Positions 11,496 through 18,511 of a DNA stretch of 64,000 nt are shown piece after piece. The notes under the pieces were generated by a model, which was not told the DNA's origin, searched no databases, and worked only from the letters and a program-made list of their open reading frames with translations. The position numbers were made by a program, and so were the translations under genes. Each line of letters begins with the position of its first letter. Position 1 is the stretch's first letter. The DNA is from Microcoleus sp. (GTDB lineage: Bacteria; Cyanobacteriota; Cyanobacteriia; Cyanobacteriales; Microcoleaceae), in the NCBI GenBank assembly GCA_052279835.1, contig CP181291.1, forward strand, positions 6,080,001-6,144,000. The letters are read 5' to 3'.

Positions 11496-11849
11496 AGGGG
11501 TGTTCCGGCTCCAATCTCTACAAAATTTTGGTTTTCTATCTGTGTGATAGTCTGGTTATTCAGGACTGCGATTTCACCTGGGTAGGTGTACGGATAGTGA
11601 GTCCTGCTTTAATACAGTCTTCGATAGGGTGATTATCTCTATACTGCGGGCGGTTAGACCTTGGGATGAAGGCGTGTTTACCGAACCTGTGAGGGACGGT
11701 TGCATTCATCGGCTTTGCAGCGCTACAGTTGTTGACTGCTTTTCTTTACTCTTCCTAATGTACGGGGTTTGAGCGATCGGGGTATTGTGGCAAACCGTAT
11801 AATTTTTGTTGTATTTGCCGTCTTTGTTGTATAAATTTTGTTTGGTTGC

Positions 11850-12030
11850 TAGAGGCGATCGCTTTTTTGGCTGTTCTGCCTGTGTTTGCTATAAACTTAG
11901 CGGCTGTTCATCTTTTACTTAGCGCATCGCAAAGAAGAGGAGTTAGAAAAGGGCGATCGCCCGTACCAACCAAAAAAGCGATCGCCTATTTTTCACGAAA
12001 GAGCGATCGCTCTTTTTTGCCGCAGATATA
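11850..12030. repeat. HIP1-rich spacer repeat, copy 1 of 3 around the toxin-antitoxin array
   Basis: Four GCGATCGC sites, ending GAGCGATCGCTCTTTTTTGCCGCAGAT. Related to 13165-13310 and 13985-14120. Confidence 0.7.
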
Positions 12031-12036
12031 TCACCC

Positions 12037-12172
12037 TTAATCCAAGTCTCAATGCAATATTTGCAGCACGGTTATTAGCATCATTGCTGACTATTAATAT
12101 GGGACGGCGTTTATCCATCTCGGAACCCACCGCAGGGCTGAGGTTTGCATAGTAAATTTCAACAGGTTTCAT
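12037..12172 (-). pseudogene. mazF: Internally deleted MazF/PemK-family toxin
   Basis: Manual translation from ATG 12172 gives MKPVEIYYANLSPAVGSEMDKRRPILIVSNDANNRAAN, a MazF N-terminus. It then joins an out-of-frame C-terminal-like remnant (…LH*DLD*), and the central part is missing. Confidence 0.8.
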
Positions 12173-12500
12173 CTGTCAGTCCATCTGCAACTGTCACGTC
12201 CGAATCCGGGTCATTTTCTAGAGATGCTTCTCGGTAGGCCGACTCTAGTTCCAAACGCCTCAATAACTTCAGTGCTACTTAGACATCTCCTAAAAAGCTT
12301 GTCAAGAACAGGCATCCTGCCTGTTCCACAATAATACCAATTTAAAAAAAGAATGCAACATTAGTCTTGTCCCTCCCCTTTATAAGGGGGGGTTAGGGAG
12401 GGTCAAAGATTATTGCACGATTTTAGAGAAATAGTATAATTATGGGAGATGTCTCTTCTATTACTTGGGAGTCAGATTCGCATCCCTTGGCAATTTGGTA
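12159..12500 (-). pseudogene. Ribbon-helix-helix antitoxin remnant, 5'-truncated and interrupted by a MITE
   Basis: Removing 12281-12454 and one CTT copy restores YQIAKGCESDSQVIEVALKLLRRLELESAYREASLENDPDSDVTVADGLTDETC*. Its stop codon lies just inside the mazF 5' end. Confidence 0.75.
12281..12454. mobile_element. MITE with 10-bp TIRs (AGACATCTCC/GGAGATGTCT) and a 3-bp CTT duplication, carrying a second nested MITE at about 12335-12436
   Basis: Perfect TIRs at 12281-12290 and 12445-12454, with CTT on both flanks. The inner element TACCAATTT…AAATAGTA is flanked by TAA and contains a CCCCTTTATAAGGGG hairpin. Confidence 0.8.
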
Positions 12501-12539
12501 ACAAACCCGGTTTCGGACCGCCCGTGCGTCCAGGACTGT

Positions 12540-12788
12540 TCATGCAGCCTCGGTCAAAGTCCTGACACGCAAAACTTCATTAGACATCAACGGTTCAATT
12601 TGCGACTCAGCTAAGGTAATTACAGCTATAGTTTCACCTAAAGCATTAAAAACTTCGAGACTGTAGCCATCCTCATCGGGGTGGGGATGATGCTCAACAA
12701 TAGTGGCAATATCTCCTCGACAGAGTTTGTAGTTGGGTACATCTGTTCGTAATGCTACTCTTTTAAACAAGGGAAATTTCATTTTCAT
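12540..12788 (-). CDS. DUF4926 family small protein (putative antitoxin/immunity partner)
   Basis: RVALRTDVP…GDIATIVE…GYSLEVFNALGETIAV pattern; ATGA overlap with the upstream gene's stop. Confidence 0.75.
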   Translation of the reverse strand: MKMKFPLFKRVALRTDVPNYKLCRGDIATIVEHHPHPDEDGYSLEVFNALGETIAVITLAESQIEPLMSNEVLRVRTLTEAA

Positions 12789-13114
12789 ACCTCCTTATTG
12801 GGATATAGGGTAATAAACTTGGTTTTTTGGGATGGAAATTCAGTCATCCAAATAGTTACTACTGGCAGACCTCTTCCGTTAGGGCCAGTTAATATGCCAC
12901 GAATTTCATACTTATTACCATAGCGCGTTTCTTCGGTTGGTGTTGCATCCAGAGGCAAAATTTGTTCTCTTAAGTCTTTTTCTAGTTGTTGCCAGTTGTC
13001 TTGGGTATAGTTGGCTCGTGCAAGAAACAAAGATTTATCATCTTCTACTAAGAACTTGAGCAAGTATTGAGTTAGTTTTGCTTCAGCAATAATGGTATCA
13101 TCAGGTAGTTTCAC
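12785..13114 (-). CDS. DUF6883-like protein (putative toxin)
   Basis: KLTQYLL…DKSLFL…YGNKYEIRGILTGPNGR…VTIW…FITLYP pattern; translationally coupled to the DUF4926 gene. Confidence 0.7.
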   Translation of the reverse strand: MKLPDDTIIAEAKLTQYLLKFLVEDDKSLFLARANYTQDNWQQLEKDLREQILPLDATPTEETRYGNKYEIRGILTGPNGRGLPVVTIWMTEFPSQKTKFITLYPNKEV

Positions 13115-13164
13115 TTACTTGATTTTGTAAGATTAGTACGGTCAATTTAAAATTATATCTTATT

Positions 13165-13310
13165 TAAAGAGCGATCGCGCTTTTCCTCTAAAAAAGCGAT
13201 CGCAATATTTTCGTAACCAATCCTATCGCCCCGACATTGATATTGACATCAAAGGAATCGCTCTTTTTTTACCGCAGATAAACGTGGAGGAAAAAAGCGC
13301 GATCGTGCTC
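13165..13310. repeat. HIP1-rich spacer repeat, copy 2
   Basis: GCGATCGC sites, CGCCCCGACATTGATATTGACAT at 13227-13249, and ATCGCTCTTTTTTTACCGCAGAT. Confidence 0.7.
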
Positions 13311-13370
13311 ACTTGCGAACTTTGGCGAAGACTCGATCGGCCCTACAAATAAAAACCACAAAACTATTTG

Positions 13371-13616
13371 TTACTCATCCGTCACAGCCACCGCCAGGTG
13401 TTTTTCTAACCGTTCCCCTATCCATACTTTAATCAAAGATTCACTATTGACTCCTAATCGCCGAGCTTCCCGCTCAATTGCTTGTATCATCCATTTGGGA
13501 AACTCTATATTTAATTCCTGATTTTCCCATCCTGGTCGTCTAATATTAGTCAGATCGAAATACTCAAGAACGTTTTCATTGTTATCAAACTTTTCGTCTA
13601 ATTCTTTAGCTTTCAT
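13371..13616 (-). CDS. BrnA/CopG-type antitoxin
   Basis: MKAKELDEKFD…EYFDL…NIEFPKWMI…EARRLGV…LIKVWI; overlaps the 3' end of the toxin gene. Confidence 0.85.
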   Translation of the reverse strand: MKAKELDEKFDNNENVLEYFDLTNIRRPGWENQELNIEFPKWMIQAIEREARRLGVNSESLIKVWIGERLEKHLAVAVTDE

Positions 13617-13866
13617 ATAAATTTACCTCATTGGTGCGAGAACGTCTAACTGAGATGAGCCTTATTTTAGTCTGGCGATAGGTAATAATGGCAGACCAAT
13701 GTTTGTCACCGATTTTGCCGATGACCATAAATCTCGGTTCATCTTCGGTCTTTGCCGAAAGTTCAATCTTATTGGAATCGCTCCACAACTGCTGAGCTTC
13801 GACAAAATCTATTCCATGCTTTTCTTGATTTATTTTACTTTTGTTTTCGTCAAATTCAAACTCCAT
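13606..13866 (-). CDS. brnT: BrnT family ribonuclease toxin
   Basis: MEFEFDENKS…NQEKHGIDF…RLISVRRSR…E…YE signature; ATG at 13866. Confidence 0.88.
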   Translation of the reverse strand: MEFEFDENKSKINQEKHGIDFVEAQQLWSDSNKIELSAKTEDEPRFMVIGKIGDKHWSAIITYRQTKIRLISVRRSRTNEVNLYES

Positions 13867-13984
13867 AGTTGTTAACGATTTTAGCCAACAATATGACACA
13901 CTATTTGATTGAATCACAAGTTTTAGGAAATAGTGCTAATTATTCCATATTTCTTAATCTTTATCAATAACTGAATTTGGGGAA

Positions 13985-14120
13985 TGCTTCGCCCCTACAT
14001 TGATATTGACATAAAGGCGATCGCCCTTTCCATCCAGAAAGGCGATCGATCTTTTTTTCACCGCAGATGCACGTAGATTGACGCGGATGGATGAAAGGGC
14101 GATCGTTATTTTACCAGGAA
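13985..14120. repeat. HIP1-rich spacer repeat, copy 3
   Basis: CGCCCCTACATTGATATTGACAT at 13990-14012 (22/23 identical to copy 2) and GGCGATCGATCTTTTTTTCACCGCAGAT. Confidence 0.7.
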
Positions 14121-14145
14121 TTTTATCCCACATTTTACCATCCAT

Positions 14146-14342
14146 GTAGGGGCGGGTTCACCTAGATATTTGACACCCATCGACAAATTATGTAAACCCG
14201 CCCCCACCCCACCCAGAAATCAAGAATTAATTGAATTTAACGGTGGCGCAGGGAGATTTTTTCGGGGTTATCGGTTGGGTGGGGGCGGGTTTATCAAGAT
14301 TATCGGTGGGTGGCAAAATTAATCGGCGAACCCGCCGCTACA
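14146..14342. repeat. Pair of GTAGGGGCGGG…CCCGCCCC REP-like hairpin elements
   Basis: GTAGGGGCGGGTTCA…AAACCCGCCCC at 14146-14205 and GGGGGCGGGTTT…GAACCCGCCGCTACA at 14281-14342; a similar element lies at 37438-37500. Confidence 0.75.
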
Positions 14343-14357
14343 GATTCTACTAATTCA

Positions 14358-15590
14358 TCAGGATTTCTTCCTTGTGAATGTAAAAGAACCTTCAGCCTTA
14401 GCTGATCCAGAACTATGGCTGCAAACCACTCGACCAGTTATTGTATTACGACCATCTTTAACACTGCTAATAGTTCCTGTGTGTTCACTTGTGAAACCTC
14501 CTTCTGTTGATCTGAGAGTAAATACCTTGCCTGATACTGTGCCACCTGCCGCAGATCCATATCCCTTGCTACCCGTAGTGCTTGACCATCCACCAAAATT
14601 ACCGGGTATGCTGATACTCTGTCTTGACTGAACCATAATAAATTCATTCGCTCCAAAAGAAGGTGCGCCTATTGAACCAGGATGGCATCCTGGTTCTCGA
14701 TCAGCGGTATAAAAAGGGTCTCTCTTCGCAGTCCAAGTTCCAGTTAAGCTGTAGTATGGGCCAAACTCCTTCCAGTAACCTCGCATTGGGACTCCTGGTA
14801 CGCCATCAAACGTTAAATCATGTGCTAAATTATCCCGTGCTTGTGTCCATTCTGCCTCACAATCAGACTTTACATTATCCCATGTATTATTACTAGGGTC
14901 TTCTTTCTTACGATTCCCATATCCATTGCACGCATAGCCTCTAGGGTGTGCCACGCAGCAATTGTCATGTGCCGTACTTCCTGGTGTGACATACATTTTA
15001 ACCATACACGTATCCTTGTTATAGCGGGGCGGATAGGAAGGGACACCCCCTTCGCACTGATTTCCATTTGCCTCAAAACATTTCTGCTCATCTCGACTTG
15101 TACCAACAGACGAAAAATCACATTTTTCAGTGAGAAGTAACGCCTCATTAGTAGCATTTTCAGTCGCTGAGTCAATGGCTCGATCAACATCAGGAGACGG
15201 AGGCGAAGGTCGAACGAGAGAAGGATCAATCCGTGAACCCGGATCATCAAACTCAGGACGCAACGGCTGATTCGGCCCCGGATTTTGAGGAAACGGCGGC
15301 GCTTGCGGATTACTCCCAGGCCGCACACTCGGTACATCATCAAACTCCCCCGGAGCTCGCTGCACTAACCAATCCGAAATATTCCTTTCCACAGCAGGCG
15401 GAGTTGCCGCCACCACCCGATCGGACGAATTAACTAAATTCACCGTGCAAATAGTAGAATTAAAACTAAAAACACTACAAAGTGCAGCCGATAAAGCCCG
15501 GTTGACAAACGTACCAGGAGCCAGCAAAGCACTCATTAAAACAGCAAAAAAACTGACAATACCCAGAGCAAAAATACGAATACGACGCAT
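14358..15590 (-). CDS. Secreted hypothetical protein: signal/anchor, Pro-rich linker, Cys-rich domain with HDNCC, Gly/Ser/Thr-rich beta-like tail
   Basis: 410-aa ORF with a basic and hydrophobic N-terminus and GAGG upstream of the ATG; last gene of a co-directional run. Confidence 0.8.
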   Translation of the reverse strand: MRRIRIFALGIVSFFAVLMSALLAPGTFVNRALSAALCSVFSFNSTICTVNLVNSSDRVVAATPPAVERNISDWLVQRAPGEFDDVPSVRPGSNPQAPPFPQNPGPNQPLRPEFDDPGSRIDPSLVRPSPPSPDVDRAIDSATENATNEALLLTEKCDFSSVGTSRDEQKCFEANGNQCEGGVPSYPPRYNKDTCMVKMYVTPGSTAHDNCCVAHPRGYACNGYGNRKKEDPSNNTWDNVKSDCEAEWTQARDNLAHDLTFDGVPGVPMRGYWKEFGPYYSLTGTWTAKRDPFYTADREPGCHPGSIGAPSFGANEFIMVQSRQSISIPGNFGGWSSTTGSKGYGSAAGGTVSGKVFTLRSTEGGFTSEHTGTISSVKDGRNTITGRVVCSHSSGSAKAEGSFTFTRKKS

Positions 15591-15669
15591 AATTTACCTC
15601 AATTCAATGATTAAATAATGTTCCAATTAACCCTGTAGGGCAGGGCAGGGCATCGCCCGCCCTACAAAT

Positions 15670-16569
15670 TTAAAATGGCAAAAGCCTCCGAATTCCCCTC
15701 TGAATCACATCCTTAACTATCTCTTTACCAAAATCTGCAAACCAACCCTGCGCCTCCCCAGGTTTTACCTCTTCCGCATCCGCATTTTCCGCAGGTTTCT
15801 CATCCACCTTCAACGCAGATTTTTCCATCCCCACCTGCGACATCATCCCCACAAAAGTATTAATCGGAATCGCTGAATTAAACCCCGTTTTTACTTCTTC
15901 TTGCCTTCCCCCAGCCTCATTTTGCACCCGCCCAACAGTATCTCCCTGTCCGTGAATTCCAATCACTCGGCCACTAACATCAAAAACAGGCCCGCCGCTC
16001 ATTCCCCGCCGCGTCACTGCGTCGTAACGCATCGTATATCCTTGATCGTTACTCGATCGCACATTCGTAACTTGCCCATTCGTAAACTGATATTCCCGTT
16101 CTTGACTCCCCACACCCGCAGGCAAAGGATACCCCGAAATATAAACCCCTGAACCGATCTCCGCTTCATCCGAATTACTAATCGGTGCAACTGAATATTC
16201 CTCGTCACTCTCAAACATCACAATTGCTAAATCAGGCCCGCTGTCATTATTCTGAAAACCTTTCACTTCCGTCACTTTATGCTCTTTCTTCTTAGAAGTA
16301 ACAATCACGTACTCGGAATTAGGATTTATCACCACATGATTCGCCGTCAACACCGTGTAAATCTTGCCTTTCTTAGCAATGATTACCCCCGATCCGCTTT
16401 TGTCAGTAGCTAGAGTATTATTAATTTGTACTGTAGTTGGAACGGCAATTCTAGCTACTTCTCTAGCCGTTTTTGCCATTGCGGGCTGACTGATAATAAT
16501 TGTTGCTACGACTGCCGTTCCTGCGACAATACCCGGAAGGTAATTAGACCGATTAAAACCTAAATTCAT
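15670..16569 (-). CDS. Trypsin-like (S1) serine protease, exported
   Basis: Catalytic triad motifs TANHVV, DLAIV and GMSGGPV; signal peptide ending AMA. Confidence 0.92.
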   Translation of the reverse strand: MNLGFNRSNYLPGIVAGTAVVATIIISQPAMAKTAREVARIAVPTTVQINNTLATDKSGSGVIIAKKGKIYTVLTANHVVINPNSEYVIVTSKKKEHKVTEVKGFQNNDSGPDLAIVMFESDEEYSVAPISNSDEAEIGSGVYISGYPLPAGVGSQEREYQFTNGQVTNVRSSNDQGYTMRYDAVTRRGMSGGPVFDVSGRVIGIHGQGDTVGRVQNEAGGRQEEVKTGFNSAIPINTFVGMMSQVGMEKSALKVDEKPAENADAEEVKPGEAQGWFADFGKEIVKDVIQRGIRRLLPF

Positions 16570-16625
16570 AAACTAACTCCGTTGATAAGGTCAAACTAAA
16601 TATCTTGCACTTTCTTACCGATCCG

Positions 16626-16740
16626 ACAGGGATTAAAATCCCTGTCTCAAAGCTGAAGTCCACTTAAGTGGACTAACCGTAAAATTCAGTCCTCTTTAGA
16701 GGACTTTAGCTATTAGCCAGGGAATTCATTCCCTGGCGGA
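16626..16740. repeat. Multi-palindrome dispersed repeat that supplies the stop codon of the upstream protease
   Basis: CAGGGATTAAAATCCCTG, AGTCCACTTAAGTGGACT, AGTCCTCTTTAGAGGACT and GCCAGGGAATTCATTCCCTGGC palindromes. Confidence 0.75.
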
Positions 16741-17553
16741 TGGCGGGTAATTCGACGATGAACTGTAAGACGAAACAAAACGCAAATAGGTACTAATCGG
16801 AATTCCCCAACTAGAATTAACCATTTGCTCTAACATTCTCCCTGACGGTTCTGTTCCATCTTCAAACGCATACACTCCAAAATCTGGGTCGCGATTTTTT
16901 ACCCGCCCATTAATGCCAATTAATAACCCCTGACTGTTAAAAATTGGCCCGCCGCTCATCCCGACAGCAATATCGTTCGTGTAACCCAAACGATAGCCTT
17001 GAGCGAGGGATTTTGGTGGTAGCACTGATACAACGCCTTGAGTAAACCGAAATGCCCGAATTCCTTGGTCGAATGTAGTTGTTGAACTACCTCCCCGATA
17101 CATCGGAAATCCTGCGGCAAATACAGGTTCTCCGACTGTTAATAAATCAGTGCTAATTCTGGTTACTTGATACTGAATGGAACTGCGAAATTGGACGATC
17201 GCCAGATCCGCATTTCCCAACTGCAACGGTGCTCTCAAAAGCCGATACCTCTGACCGTCAGGCGCAATCATGGTAAGCTGCTGGCTGAAAGCCACAACGT
17301 GCCAACTCGTCAGCACCGTATAAACTTGCCCCTGTCGCCGGACGATCGCCCCTGAACCAGAAGCATTCGGTGTTAAAATTCGCACCGTCATCAACCTCGC
17401 CAAGCGCTCAATATAAGCAGTTTGACTATCAGCAACCCCATAATTTCTCATCACAGGTTGAGCGGCGATTCTTACTGGAAAAAGACTCGCCGCGATCGCA
17501 CAAATTGCCACCATGCGTAGCAAATTGCTCACCTTAAAGCTCCCGCATTCCAC
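16726..17553 (-). CDS. Trypsin-like (S1) serine protease, exported
   Basis: TSWHVV, DLAIV and GMSGGPI triad motifs; hydrophobic N-terminus. The start may be the ATG at about 17514. Confidence 0.9.
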   Translation of the reverse strand: MECGSFKVSNLLRMVAICAIAASLFPVRIAAQPVMRNYGVADSQTAYIERLARLMTVRILTPNASGSGAIVRRQGQVYTVLTSWHVVAFSQQLTMIAPDGQRYRLLRAPLQLGNADLAIVQFRSSIQYQVTRISTDLLTVGEPVFAAGFPMYRGGSSTTTFDQGIRAFRFTQGVVSVLPPKSLAQGYRLGYTNDIAVGMSGGPIFNSQGLLIGINGRVKNRDPDFGVYAFEDGTEPSGRMLEQMVNSSWGIPISTYLRFVSSYSSSSNYPPSARE

Positions 17554-18145
17554 CGCCAGTGGGCTGTTGAGGTACCGGCTGATTGTTAGTCGGTGCCGGC
17601 CGATTATTAGCCGGTGCAGGAGGCGCTACAGAGTTGCCACCTTCCTCCCCTAATCGTGGGCGCGCGTCAATGTAGGGCATCGCATCGCTTTCAGACAGGG
17701 AAGGTACACCCGCTTGTCCCTCCCGCAACCCCATGAATTGATACAATGTGCGAACCGAGTCTTGACCTGGTTTGAGTGTATAAATCAAGCCGTCGCAGCG
17801 CCCGTTGACTTGGCTAGCGGTGCAAATCACTCGCTGTCCGTTCATGTAGCCAACTGTCACAAACTTTAGCTGTTTGTTCTGGCGGTAGGTTTCCAAGCGC
17901 CCGCTGACTTCCCGACAGCGCGTCATGGGATCGTAGCCAGAGTCGCGGAAGTAGTCGGAAACCCAGTTAATCCAAACCTCCCGTACCCCTTGGCGGTTTT
18001 GGTATACCGTCGCGGGTGAACCGGAGGAAGCATCGCACATAAAGCCTGACGGTGATTGGCTTTGGCTTGGTTTAGCACTGAAAGCTAGGCTGCCGATCGC
18101 GATCGCGCCCATTACCACACCAGTCATTGATTGCCATCGGATCAT
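17534..18145 (-). CDS. COP23 domain protein
   Basis: Signal peptide; W.SDYF…GYDPMTRCREVSGRL…GYMNGQRVIC…C.GLIYTLKPG signature. Confidence 0.85.
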   Translation of the reverse strand: MIRWQSMTGVVMGAIAIGSLAFSAKPSQSQSPSGFMCDASSGSPATVYQNRQGVREVWINWVSDYFRDSGYDPMTRCREVSGRLETYRQNKQLKFVTVGYMNGQRVICTASQVNGRCDGLIYTLKPGQDSVRTLYQFMGLREGQAGVPSLSESDAMPYIDARPRLGEEGGNSVAPPAPANNRPAPTNNQPVPQQPTGGGMREL

Positions 18146-18511
18146 TGTTAGTAACCTCTCTTAAAAAACTAATTGTTTGCCAAAAACATAAAGCCAGAAA
18201 ACAGAAGATCGCAATTCATGCAACCTTCACCACTTCGCCAGCCCCGCGAAAATCACATCCGTCCCGAACTAGGTTTTGTGTTTATTATGAAAGATTCAAA
18301 CTTTAAAGCTGCCAGCCCTCACAGCCGTACAGCACAGATTTACTTTTGCTTTATTCACCTTGACAATATAATTTACACTATTCTCCTGTACTTGTCAACA
18401 TCCTACAGGGATAAATAATATCATGTCCGGTCGATCGTCAGTTCCAAACAACCTGTTGAAATCGAAATAATCAATATCTGACGCACCCTACAACTGACGC
18501 AACCTATAAGT

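Noticed and set aside
11850..14120. Canonical integron
   Set aside because: No tyrosine recombinase and no attC-type RYYYAAC…GTTRRRY structure recognised; kept only as an analogy.
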